Origin: Paragordius varius
Taxonomy: Eukaryota > Animalia > Nematomorpha
Direction: 5' to 3'
Assembly (NCBI GenBank): GCA_964247055.1
Contig: OZ176051.1
Span: forward strand, 8,928,001 to 8,992,000
DNA: 64,000 bases
Of the stretch, positions 12,098 to 24,929 are shown piece by piece (within the stretch, counting starts at the first letter, position 1; every line of letters begins with the position of its first letter). The notes below the pieces were generated by a model. It worked only from the letters and a program-made list of their open reading frames with translations, did not search any database and was not told the DNA's origin. The position numbers and the translations under genes were made by a program.

Positions 12098-12525
12098 TTA
12101 TACAGATTCTGGCGTTTTGATAGCTGTTTTAAAAGCTTCTAGCCTTTCTCTACGTTTAGAGCTTCTATTCGCAGACTTTATAAATTTGGAGTAGCTTTCT
12201 TTCTCCTTTTGCAATTTTATACTATTTTCGCCATTTAAAAATATATCAAGTTTTTCCTGTAAGAGATATTTTGCAAATTTACGGTTTTCACAAAGGGATC
12301 GATCTAATTGACACTATTTATTAAAAAACAAAAAACCTTTATCGAAACACCAGAAGGAATATGTGTGAGTGAGACACAATTTCGAGATTTATTAATTTTT
12401 TGACCACCCGGCCCTGTTCCTTTGATAAATTGTTCTTCAACGTCGGATTGCTTTAATGGTGGGTAAATATTACGGATCGTAGGGCGACTAGAAAATTTTT
12501 TAAAACAGTTAAAACACACATTCAT
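12098..12525 (-). CDS. MTRFR: Mitochondrial translation release factor in rescue (C12orf65), 134 aa. Exons 12525-12337 and 12313-12098
   Basis: Reads [40 protein letters not shown]|[31 protein letters not shown] followed by a basic tail. Contains the GGQ motif and the C12orf65-type C-terminus; one 23-nt GT-AG intron (12314-12336). Confidence 0.92.
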
Positions 12526-12573
12526 TAAAACATTATTCTAGTTAAAGGCCCTTACACTTCATTATTTTTACTT

Positions 12574-13018
12574 TACCTTTAGGGGTAATTTACCCCTAAG
12601 TCAAATAACTACAGCTCCCTTTCAAAAGTGATTTAGGTTAAATTTTAAATATCAAGTTTTATTGTGACTTCGAAAATTTTAAAATTGGGACAGCGTCAAA
12701 GCACATTCCAAACGAGCTGATCTTAAAATAAAAAATAACAGGTTTTAGTTAAAAAAATGTAGCCTGAAAGTTCCGTAGGTTAATTTACATTTTTTATCCA
12801 TAATATATATGTATTTGCCTGTTGCATTAGCAATAAAAAAATTATATAAAAATGGCGGAAGTTTTATCTGAGGATTTTTTATATTTTTGATAATTTTTTG
12901 TATAATATCCGCCTAAGGCTAAAGAAAGTATATTTTTAAATTCGGCTCAATACCCTAAATACTTTTTAACATATCCAAACTTCGTATCACTCTGGAATAT
13001 CCACCCTAAAAGGTAATG
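12574..13018. mobile_element. Possible piggyBac-like MITE
   Basis: Inverted ends TTACCTTTAGGG ... CCCTAAAAGGTAA. Related sequence occurs near 53780-53960. No coding capacity. Confidence 0.3.
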
Positions 13019-13114
13019 GAATGTTTATTTAACAGATTGTAAGATTCTTTTTGTAAATTGATATTGTGTTAATAAATCATGGCAGACATTGATCACGATT
13101 CCAATAATTAATTC

Positions 13115-13160
<46 letters not shown>

Positions 13161-14189
13161 GAAATCTTGTGGGATAATTTTAGCCAAACATGTGGGTTTA
13201 AAAATAATTTGTGCGCCGAATGAGTTAATCAAATTAACGCCACTGATTTGCCCAATAAATAGGGTTGTTCATAAAACTATAAGTTTAAAAACTAGGCATA
13301 ACCTTATGTATTTTCAAATTTTATGATTTCTCTTATTTTCTTAGAATGCCATGAGCGTTGCAAATTTTTTAGATTAGTCAATTACCCGCCAATGTTAAAA
13401 TGAGGTTATTTGAAATATTGGTTATATAGGAGTATAGGCCCTTTTTAATAGTGTAGTAATTTATTGGGGCGAAGGTAGCGGCTATTTATCTTGGACTAAG
13501 TTTATCCCCATCATCCGAAAATTTACTCTTTTTAAACAAATGGTTTCTTTTTAAGTAATTTTCTGGAAAGGTAGTCCCATTCCGTTTCAAAAATATTTAT
13601 TTAATTAAAATGCGCTTGTGATCCACTTTAAATTATCTTATTAATTTCAAATAGGTTTGTGAAAATTCTTTAAAATTGTTTTTTGGAAAGCGGTACTATA
13701 AATAATACTAAATTCTAATGATATTTTTATTCATACCTCCAAAAATATTTTTACGAGGCCCCCCACACATCAGCAATAAGGTTTTATATGAATCCTGGCT
13801 TTCAACGATAACCATCTAGAAGTCGATTATTACAGCGACGCGCAAGGCACCGTTAATTAAAGAATTAAATTTGTTGAAAAAGATAATAATGTAATTCTTT
13901 AGGCCGAAATATTAAACTTTGTATGTTATATATAAATGATGAAATATATTAAAAAATCACAGTGGGATTGGTATGGTGCTATTTTGCGCTTTCGACTAAG
14001 AAAAATGTTTACGTGTTAGCAAAAAAATTATAATTTGCGGAATTTAGTGTTAATGATTTAGGCTAGTTAAGTGCCTCATTTTAAAAAAATTTTTACATCA
14101 TAAACTATTATATAGCAACATATTTATTTTCACTGTTTAACTAGATAGTCTAAAATCTCTTCTTATAAAATAAATTTGTTAAATATTTC

Positions 14190-15660
14190 GATTTAAATTG
14201 GGGTATCCGAATACCCCAGACTAAATTTAAGTTAGGATTTTTAAAAAACTACTGAAGGAAAAGGTCCCATTTAAGTTTATGCTTCTAATTTAATAAAAAT
14301 TATATAAACATGTCAAAATATCCAAAAAAATTGTGTTTTGAAAAAAAAGTTCCATGTCAAACTACTTCGATGCCATTTTTATTTTACCAAATTTTTGCAA
14401 ATATCGTTTTAATTTAATTTTAAGGGTTATTTTATTATTACATCTAAAAATGATACAAATAGGAAAACCGGTTTATTTTGTATTATTTCTAATTTTACCA
14501 TTGCACACATGTCACGTTGACTAAATATATACCTTTCGGTTTTAGTTTAAAAAAAATAATATCAAGTATTTTTGAATAATTTTTTCATTTTGGTTTGTTG
14601 ATGTTATATAAGTGCAAAATTTTGCCAAAGTTTCGACTCCTTCTATACTTTTAAAATAATATTGTAAACAGGCCTGGGGTATTTACCTACCCCAATTTGA
14701 TTCGAAGGACTAAAATGAATGTGTTGTATCCAAGTAAAAAGTGTTATTGGAATTGCGAGATAATAATTTTGATATGCCAAAATATACCAGCAACAAAATT
14801 TAAGATATATGCTTTGTTAAAATTTTCAATGTTTAGAAATACTTTGAATTTATGGTATCTAAATACATAATGAAAAACACTAAGATATTATTAAAACACC
14901 CTTGATGATACATGTCCATCGTACAATTTAATTAAAATAATTTTTTCCCAAAATATTTTAATCTCCTTAGGAGATATAGCGTTCCTGAATCATAAATCAA
15001 ATTAAGGCAACAGATCCCAATAATAATAAGAAAAAAAATTGCTGTCAAAATATGATTTAATGCATTTAATAAAACTTAACACTTGGATACAACACATTAA
15101 TATTAGTCCTTCGATTCAAATTGGGGTAGTTAAATACCCCAGGCCTTTTAAAATTAAATTCTTCAAAAAATATGGAAGGAATCGAAATTATGGCAAAATC
15201 ATGCACTTATATAACATTAATAAACCGAAATATATAAAAAAAAAATTCAAAAATATTTGATATTACATAAGCTAAAACCGAAAGGAAAAAATTTAGTCAA
15301 CCTGACATGCGTGAAATGGTAAAATTAAAAAATAATACAAAGTAAACAGCTTTTTCTATTTCTATCAATATTAGATGTAATTTAAATAAAAAATTAGCTT
15401 TGATTTTACCCTTAAAATTAAATGAACACGATATTTTGCAAAAAATTTGAATAAAAATGGCGTCGAAGTAGATTGACATCTAACTTTTTTTTTAAACAAA
15501 ATTTTATTTAAATATTTTGGCATATTTATATAATTTTTATTAGGATAGAAGCATAAATATAAATTGGGGCCGTTTCCTTCAGTAGTTTTTTGAAAATCCT
15601 AACTCAATTAGTCTGGGGTATTTAGGTACCCCAATTTGAATCGATATGTTAACCATAATA
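14190..15660. mobile_element. Foldback-like non-autonomous element with ~600-bp inverted arms
   Basis: 14190-14790 is the diverged reverse complement of 15060-15660, e.g. AACTACTGAAGGAAA/TTTCCTTCAGTAGTT and CTACTTCGATGCC/GGCGTCGAAGTAG. Boundaries are approximate. Confidence 0.8.
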
Positions 15661-16171
15661 TTTTTTTACAGTAAAGCGGCAAAAATTTGAGATGTTTTTT
15701 TGGTCTTAAGAAACATATTCTTTACATACTTCTTGACATTACACCTAAGTTATTTATAGTGAAAGCGCAGAAAAATTCAAAAGGTTGTGATTTTTAAAAT
15801 TATATTTTTTTATTAAATTTTTTATTGTTTATAGTTATGTATCTTTAGAGTTTTAAATATTAACTGAGTGTTTATTTTAAATTCAGAATATCTATACCAC
15901 TGTCTAGAATTCTATGTTAATTAATATTTTATTAAATCAAAACATATTCGTGGTGAAGTATGTAACAAGACTTTCCAAATTACATTTTTAAAAAATATTG
16001 CAATGAGTTTGAAAATGACAGAAAACATATAAATTTGATTATCGCTCTGAAGTCAAACACCTCTAATAGTGTATAGATTTTAATTAAATGTGAGCACAAT
16101 AATGACATAATTCATTTTATTCTTCCAACAAACTAAACCCATATTATAAAATCAATCAAAACTTGTATATA

Positions 16172-19110
16172 TAAGGTGACCAGATTTTTTGAAGGAAAAA
16201 GCGGGACAAATCTGAGAAAGGGGAGGGGGTTATGAGGTGGGGTGTACAACCAAAAATTTTTATACAAAAAATAATTTATTGTAGTATTTATTTATTTTTG
16301 ACACAAATACATTATAAATATAAAAAAATATTTAATTCCTTGGTATATTTTTTATTTGGGTGAATGCGTTTTAGCACATTGTCATCATTTTATAAAATGT
16401 TGTAGAAGTCTTCACAAGAATTTGTCGAATTATATTTCACAGATAAAATGGTAAAGTTTCAACATTTAAATTTGATTTTCCCGATGTCCACATCTGATTA
16501 ATTGTGGAAAAAACGCGCTCAGTAGCAGCGTTGGTACCACGTAAAGATAATGCAAATTCTACAATTTTTAAAATATTGTATGGAACATAGTTTGTTTCAA
16601 AATGATGAAATATTTCTAACCATTTCTTTTCTACTGTTTTCTGTTGTCCATAATTTAAGTTTTTCTATTAATATATTTTATAACTAATGATATTTTAGAA
16701 GATATTTTCTTAAAGGTTACTTTTTGGGAATTTTTGGGAGATGCAGAAATGATTTTTGAACATCGCACCAATTATATTCTGGTTATAATGTTATCCAATG
16801 AAAATGATCAATTTCATTAAATTGCACTGTCCAGTCTTCCAATAATCTTTACAGTTTGTATAAAACATTTTTAATGTTACAGGATATCTAGGCGATTTAT
16901 TAAGCCTTGTTTTTCTAAATATTTATAATATTGCGGATGGTTACTGGTATAAAATTATTTTATAACCTTTCTTGACATTGGAATTTTAGGTTACTAACTT
17001 CATTGACTACTTCGATTGCCGAAGTTTTGTCACTTTCTATCAATTTAATAACATTTTGAAAGAGAGAAGCTTGATTATGTAGGAACTCTAACCATATTGA
17101 AGAATCACTTTCAAAAAACTTCTCCAAAGTTGTAGGACATTTGTCCTGTGATAAAAAAATAGGATTTTATAGTATCATTTTTTAAAATTCCTTCGATAGC
17201 TTGCAGAAGAGCAAACCAACGAGTTTTACAATATCCAAACTTTTTTTAATATTGAACTTCTGCATTTGCACAGAATTTCTTAAGCGTTTCAACGCGTACC
17301 GTGTATATAAAAATAGGAATATACCTTAACAATTACATTTTCCACATCTAGGGGTAACAAATCAGCAGCTGTTTGAATAGCGTTGTGTGTTTTATGCGCT
17401 ACACACCCAACGTCAATAAATGGATTAAGATTATCTGCTAATTACTGAAAATTATTTTTTGTTCCCTCCTTGCTTTTCCACTGAAGTTCGTATTGGTGTT
17501 GTCACCGCAATATGCGATGATTTTGTCTTTTAAATTATTTTTTCCTAGAATATTCATTATTGAAGTAAAATTATGTCGGAATTCGCACCGGGTAGAGAAA
17601 TAAAATTTAAAATTTTAATTTTACTCCGGTTTCTGGACCAAAATATTTTAACGTGGGAAATATTTTTGTTTCCTGATTTGATACATCAGAGTATGGCGAT
17701 ATGAAATTAATTTTTAGCAAATCTTTTTGTATTCAGAAAATGCATGTGGCGTAAGGACAATGCATACAATGGCTTCAGCCTTTGTACGGGCACGAATAAT
17801 ATGTGAGGTACAATCCATAGATCTAAAGGATGATTGTGATAAACGCGTGAAAAGATAAAACGCCTTGGGCTAGTGCCAAATCTCCAAAAGCGGTTTTACG
17901 ATAAAAATCGCTCATGTAAGATGATGCCACCATATCTAAACATTTTTTATGTTTCTGTGTTTCCATATGCTTTGTAATATCATGCTTATCGCTATGTGGT
18001 AGGGTGAACCCCTAACATAAAGCATTTAACAAATGATTCATTCTTCGTTTTTTTGATAAAAGGAAATTCTTTCATTAAATCATCGTTGAATTTACAATCT
18101 CTTTTTGTACTCATATTTTAAACTAATCTATATATTTATAAAAATGGAAAATGCTGGCTTTGTGATCTGGTACCGGAAAACCGGCAGACTCATTCAAATC
18201 GAAACTTCAAAAAAATATAATCATTAATGAATGCCCCAACAATAGCTTCGCCCTTTTTTTGAAATAGGCCCCCAGTTCGGGCCCACCCCGTGTGAAAAAC
18301 GGTATTTTTTGAAAACAGAAGTCCACAAAAATCGTGTCTTTGAGACAATTTTCTGGAAAACGTGTTGGACCATTCAATTTCAAATATGATTTTTGTTTAC
18401 TTATTTTCGATTGCGCCGAACATAGTCGTCTCGCTTTGAATTTAGGTCCTCTTTTTACCCGCTCCCTCCGTAAAATGCCATTTTTTTCAAAAAACAAAGT
18501 CCACAAAAATATTTTTTAAATCTATTTTTCGCCCTATTAAACAATATATTAATATGAATGCTCCGTTTTATAAATCCTATAAAATCATATCTATTAAATA
18601 ATGTTTCGAAATAATCCACATATGTGGATCATTTTATTGTCCCTTATTTCAAATAGCCCTCCACCCCCCCCCCCCCCCCCCCCCCCCCCCAGAAGTTTGA
18701 AGGACTTCCTCGGGATGCGCAGCAGCACGAGATTTACGCTAGTATTAATATATAAAAATATTATATTACCTTAATTTTCTGGAGTAAACGTATAAGCTAC
18801 CGATTTATGATATTAATTTGTCTTTTTGATAATGTTGGCAGTAGGATTAGGAAGCAAAGTGTATATTCATATGATATAAATTTGAAAAAAAATAAATATT
18901 TTTAATTTAAAAATAAAAAACTTTAATTTAAAATTGATACAGTTTGAAAAGATAACTAATGATAAAAAATTTAAACGGATAAAAAAAAAATTTTTATACA
19001 AAATTCTAATGTATTTAAAATTTTTTTTTTATAATCCTTAAAAAACGGGACTCAAAAACGCAGCGGGACGCGGGACAAAGTGTGAAAAAGCGGGACGTCT
19101 GGTCACCTTG
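16172..19110 (-). mobile_element. hAT DNA transposon (Blackjack-like) with decayed transposase
   Basis: TIRs TAAGGTGACCAGA / TCTGGTCACCTTG and a perfect 8-bp TSD TGTATATA (16164-16171, 19111-19118). Disrupted transposase runs from ATG 18114 (MSTKRDCKFNDDLMKEFPFIKK..DITKHMETQKHK..RTKAEAIV..) to ~16330. Confidence 0.9.
18127..18742 (+). mobile_element. Non-autonomous Helitron-like element (short form), nested in the Blackjack hAT 12 nt upstream of its transposase ATG
   Basis: Starts A|TCTATATA and ends ..GCAGCACGAGATTTACGCTAG|T. AT target, no TSD. Long poly-C tract before the 3' end. Confidence 0.85.
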
Positions 19111-19907
19111 TGTATATACCATAGCAAGGTCAAAAATGTCATTGTTGTAATTATATAATTTAAAGAGAAACCAGTTTATATAACCAGAATATATTCGATT
19201 ATAAAAAGTAAATAACCAAAAATAATTATAAGTAGCCGCTGTTGTTTGTTAAAATTTCGCTCAAAAAAATATGAACCAGGATAAACTATTTAATAAATGG
19301 TCATTTAAAATTCATATGCGTTTATTTTAATAAGCTTTGAATTCTATAAAGTTAGGCAACTAAAAGCAAACATTAAATTAGTTGATAAATATTTCTAAAA
19401 TATTTGTAAAAATTTGTTTATGAAGCTTTTAAAATGTGAGAACTTGATAATTTTAATATCGGTGAAAAAGCCTGATTTTCATTGGTTCCTTTTTATGTTA
19501 AAATCCGTCCGGTACCTCAAACTAGAAATGAAGATTTATAAATTATCATGCTATAAAATAAAATAAGCTAAATTATTTGGAAAAGTTGCGAAGATATTAA
19601 AAAACATATGTACGCTATAGTAAATAACGGGTCAATCACATGTTTTCAAATCAAACGGTTAAGGAGCCAGCGTGTAAAGACAAATTTCTCACTTTAAAGG
19701 ATCTGCATATGAAAATTTTCACCAAAAATTTTAATATGCTTGCATTTCAACGCTTATTATTAATGATTAGATTAATTATCAATATGTTTCATTAACTATT
19801 CACTGTATCCATTTTATATAAATAAAAATATTTTAACAAAAACTCTCACCTCCTAAAAACCTAAAATAATTTTTTTCCTTTTATGCAACGTTTGCGTATT
19901 CTGAAAA

Positions 19908-20494
19908 TCTATATATTAATAAAAATGGAAAATCCTGGCTTTGTGATCTGACCGGAAAACCGGCAGACTCATTCAAATCGAAACTTCGAAAAAATATAAT
20001 CATTAATGAATGTCCCAACAATAGCTTCGCCCTTTTTTGAATTAGGCCCCCAGTTCGGGCCCACCCCGTGTAAAAAACGGGTTTTTATTTGAAAACAGAG
20101 ATCCACAAAAATCGGTCTTTGAGACAATTTTCCGGAGAACTTGTTGGACCATTCAATTTCAAATATGATTTTTGTTTAATTATTTTCGATTGCGCCGAAC
20201 ATAGTCGTCTCGCTTTTTTTATTTAGGCCCTCTTTTTACCCCCTCCCCCCGTAAAATGCCATTTTTTTCAAAAAACAAAGTCCACAAAAATAATTTATTG
20301 ATTCTATTTTTCGCCCAAGTAAACATATTAGTATGAATGCACCGTTTTGAAATTCCTATGAGATCATAGCTATTAAATAATGTTTCGAAATAATACACAT
20401 ATGTGGATCATTTTATTGTCCCTTTTTTTCAAATAGCTCCCCCCAGAAGTCCGAAGGACTTCCTCCGACTGCGTAGCAGCACGAGATTTACTAG
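19908..20494 (+). mobile_element. Non-autonomous Helitron-like element (short form)
   Basis: Termini A|TCTATAT ... GAGATTTACTAG|T; closely similar to 18127-18742. Confidence 0.85.
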
Positions 20495-20623
20495 TTGGAT
20501 TATAAAATATCATTTTATTGCATAACAATTACACAGTGTCCACAAAAAAATATATATTTCTAAAGGAAAAGTATCAGGATTATCATGGTGCTTTTAGTTT
20601 AAGTCGTTACAGATGATTTATAC

Positions 20624-23600
20624 CAGTGGTACTCGAACCGCGGGCCGCATGCGGCCCTAAGAGTGCTTTAAAATAGCTCTATGACCATAATGATACTTAA
20701 ATTATTTTTTTATTGATGAATAATAAAAAATACATATAAATGAATTTTCTCTTTTGATTTTGGTAATTTTTATTTTTTACCCAATTTGAAATGCATAAAA
20801 AATTCCCTACATTAAAATGATTTCAAAATTTTGGCACACGTTGTTTCTCTATTCTATTTTCTTTTCTATTTTGAAATTTATTGCATCTTTTTGTATTTAA
20901 GCAAGCCTTTCACCCAAACTTGCATATATTTATTCTTTTCATTGCCATCCTGCATCATTTTTTATAACTCATTCCCATATTATATTTTTCAAATTAACAT
21001 CATTAAATTTCGACCTGTTTTTTATAGCATTCAAATTATATTCCGATTATAAATATATTTAAATGATATTTAAACATAATTTCAAGTGATGCCATCTGAT
21101 GCTAAAGAACATTAATTATCCGATGAAAATCGCTCCCTTAAAAAAGAATGAGAAAAATTCTTTGTCGTTTTAAATAAAATTGTAGTTACCTAAGGAAAAC
21201 CTATATAAAAAAATAAAATATTGAATGACATTTTAAAATACATCATTCTCATAAATTATTAGAAAATCATGAGCAAAAAATAGAAAAAAATAAAAAGGTT
21301 AAGGAATTATACCAAAATAAATCTATTATTTCCATAGCTTTCCAGAAAAAAGCTGTAACATTAGCTTCGTATGAATTTTGCTATATTTTAGGAAAAAATA
21401 TAAAACCGTTTACTGATTCCAAACTAATAAAAGAATGTCTAATAAATGGTTGCACTTTTTTATTTGATAAATTTCATAATAAAGATGAGGTAAATTAAAA
21501 AATTTCAACTTTCTGATTCAACATGTGCTCGACGTATTGAAGATATGTCTAAATATATTTTTAACAATACATTATTGGCTCTGAAAAACGGCAAATATGA
21601 TATTGCTATCGATTATAGCACTGATATTAGTTTAACACCATTTTGCAACGACAACATAATCATTGAGGAATATTTAAAAAATTTTCCATATATCTTCCAA
21701 CTCTTAAAACGATTTATGAAGAAAATATGGAATTTACCGCGGAGATTAATTCAATAATAGACAATCATTAAATATTTTTGGAGATGAAATTTAGATTTCA
21801 AAAATTAAGAAATATTACAAATTGCTTAAAACTCGTTAAAAATTAATGGCATATGGATATATCCAATATAAGCAATTTGAGTATTTCGGTTTCGATCAGA
21901 CGCATATCATTGAAGAATTCGTAGATTTTCAAAATGATTCCAATTTGGAAGCTATGTTCAAGAAATGCGTAGCGAAAAAAGATATGTGGAGTTTTGGCAA
22001 GATGTGCCAAATAAATATGTGAATATAAAAAAATGTCAAGTAATAACTGTTTTTCCTTCAACTTATATGTGTAAGACAGCATATTCGAAAATAAAGTATG
22101 TCAGCAATACATAGAGACATCGCTTAACCGATGATCATATGGACGACGTATTAAGATTGGCCTGTCAAGAGCGAAACCAAATTTGTCAAAAATATTGGTT
22201 AATATCGAAATAGATGTTGTTATCAAAATATTTTAATTTTTTTAACTAAATGGTGCAAAACGGTTTTTAGCTGGATTTACATGCGATCCGCAAAAAAATC
22301 ATTGTGCTGATTTAGAGCAGTGATACTCAAACCGCGGCCCACGGGCCGCATGCGGCCCTAAGAGTGCTTTAAAATTGCCCTATGACCAAATTGACACATA
22401 AATTTTTTAATGAGTTTTTAAAATACACATAAGCGAATTTTCGCGTATTTTAATATTAATTATTTTCTTTAAAGTTAATTTTGGTAATTTTTATTTTTTA
22501 CCCAATTTGAAAAGTAGAAAATTTTCCTACATTAAAATAATTATTTGGCACACGTTGTTTCTGTTTCTCTATTTTATTTTATTTTCTAATTTTTATTGCA
22601 TTCCTTTTTTGTAAAGCAAGCCTTTAACCCAAACTTTCTTACTCTTTCCATTGCTATTTTACATCATTTTCTGATACTCATTTCCATAAAATATTTATCA
22701 AATCAACATCATAATCGCTCCTTTAAAAAGAATAGGAAGAAAATTTTTTTGTCGTTTTTAAAAAAATGTTGTTACCTGCCTTATATGTAAGGACCACATA
22801 ATATAAAAAATACAATATGGAAAGACATCTTAATGTGCGCTCTTATGAGATTTTGCAACGACAACATAATCAACGAGTATTTATTTTTACCAATGAATAA
22901 TACCACGAAAAGAAGTAATTTCCTAGAAATAATTAGCATTTTTTCGATAATAATGGCATATCTATGAAAAAATTGTGTGCACAGATGGCTGTCCCTCTAT
23001 CATTGGAATAAACAAAGGTTATTCCCCTTTTGAAAAACAAATATAATTTGCAAAATATTTTATCCCTTTACTGCTTTATTCATCAGCAACTTGATTTCGC
23101 GTATAAAAGATGAATCACTCAATTCAGTAATAAAAACGGTTGTGGATATTGTTAACCACATCCGTGGCAAAGAATTCAACGGCCGTAAATTCAAAAACCT
23201 TCTGAAAGATATCCACAGTGAATTTAACCATATTTGTACACCGCTGTGCGATGGCTTAGCCTTACCAAAGTATTAAATAGATTTTTTGTTTTAAGGGATA
23301 AAATTCTATTATTCAGAAATGATAACGAAGGTTTGACGAGGAAAATAATAGTGACAAACAGTGGGTTTTATTAGCCTACCTTTGCGACATTACACCCTGG
23401 GGTTATCATTTAATATTTTTATCTAATAAGATAAAATTCAGAATTAAGAAATATTAAAAATTTCTTAAAACTCGTTGAAAACCCATGGCATATGGATATA
23501 TCCAATATTAAGCAACTCGAGCATTTCGGTTTTGACAGGCGCATATCATTGAATTCGTTGATCTTAAAAATGATTTGAGGCTATATTAGGAGAACCGTGG

Positions 23601-24144
23601 GGAAGAAAGATATGTACAGTTTAGGCAAGATGTGCCAAATACTGTTTTTCATTCAACTTACACGTGTGAGGCGGCATATTAAAAAATAAAGTATGTCAAG
23701 AATACATACAGAAATCGCTTAACCGAGGATCATATGGACGACGTATTAAGATTGGCCTGTCATGAGGCGAAACTTGTCAAAAATTATTAATTAATATCAA
23801 AATAAATGTTGTTATAACATTTTTTTAAACTAAATGGTGCAAAACGAGTTTCTAGCTGGATTTACATGCGATCCGCAAAAAATTCATTGTGCTGATTTAG
23901 AGTATAATTATGTGCATATGTGTCAAATAGCTATGGAATATTTGCCATTATAAAATTCATGGCCCTCGAAAAAATAATATATTTTATTTGGCCCGTCAAA
24001 TTTTTTTGGTGAGTACCACTGATTTAGAGTATAAATATGTGCATATGTTTCAAATAGCTATGGAATATTTGACCTTATCAGGATGGCCCTCGAAAATAAA
24101 ATATATTTTATTTGGCCCGTCGAATTGTTCGGTGAGTACCACTG
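20624..24144 (+). mobile_element. hAT transposon (Buster/Charlie/SPIN-type, GTF2IRD2-like transposase), outer copy, decayed
   Basis: TIR CAGTGGTACTC / GAGTACCACTG with a perfect 8-bp TSD ATTTATAC. Transposase remnants include CARRIEDMS, IAIDYSTDIS and HRLTDDHMDDVLRL. Confidence 0.9.
22318..24021 (+). mobile_element. Second copy of the same Buster-type hAT, inserted inside the first
   Basis: TIR CAGTGATACTC / GAGTACCACTG with a perfect 8-bp TSD ATTTAGAG (22310-22317, 24022-24029). Remnants include CTDGCPS, CFIHQ and SVIKTVVDIVNHIRG. Confidence 0.9.
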
Positions 24145-24929
24145 ATTTATACTTTTGTGGTAACTGCTCCTGCTCCTGCTCCTTATCATACAATGGCATT
24201 TCGCAAATTAATTTTGATGAAAATTTTTTGGTGAATAAATGCATCAATTCAAAAAATATAACTAAAATATAATTTATAAACTGAAAGGTAAAACAATTTT
24301 TTATGAAAGTTTAATTTTTAGATGTAAGCTCAAAGAGCAAATTTTTTACCCTTCTAGAATGAGCTGGTTTTCTTAAAAAACGCAAAAATTTCGAGATTGG
24401 GCAATAAAATTTTTAATATAAGCTGCATTTTGATATCAACTAATAATATTTTAAAAATATACTTATTTTCTAAAAAAATAGCAAATTTTTTTTGACGTAC
24501 TTCACACAATTTTGAGGCATGATGAAAACATGAAAACACTTTATTATATATTTCGTTGAAGATGAACACTATCAGTTCAGAATATAAAGTTAAAGGTTCT
24601 TTAGCTTTTATATTATTCAATCTTACTAAAAAACACAATTGATTTTTAACACAAATCAAAGCTATTTTTTTTAATTCTGACGTGATAGAAATATTTACCA
24701 TTAAAAGATAAAAGCGTTTTTATACCGTTTCCATGATTCAAAATAGTAGATAAAGCTTCAACAAATTTCCAAAAAATTTAATTTTGGAAATGTATGCATT
24801 TTTATAATTATCTTTAGTTGATATCAAAATTTGGCTTATATATCTTTTATTGCGCAATATCGGCTTGCGATTTTAAGTAAACTGGCCCCTTTTAAGTAAT
24901 ATTAGGGAATTTTGTAAAACAATATGTCC

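Noticed and set aside
12098-12112. prfB-like autoregulatory +1 frameshift at the stop of a release-factor homologue
   Set aside because: MTRFR acts on mitoribosomes while this mRNA is translated in the cytosol. There is no CTT-TGA or known slippery site. Kept only as a minor alternative in the operon finding.
13200-13860. Possible Pif1/Helitron helicase remnant on the minus strand (AVIIDF*MV...CGGPRKNIFGGM)
   Set aside because: Only one loosely matching motif with stops; other helicase motifs could not be recovered by eye.
18207-18519. ORFs recurring in Helitron-like copies (also 61323-61616 and 61394-61603)
   Set aside because: Open frames differ between copies and strands and show no Rep or helicase motifs; they are consistent with non-coding repeat.
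18661-18690. Long poly-C tract (G-quadruplex potential on the minus strand)
   Set aside because: It is the variable homopolymer of the Helitron-like 3' region, much shorter in other copies; its length may be a sequencing artefact.
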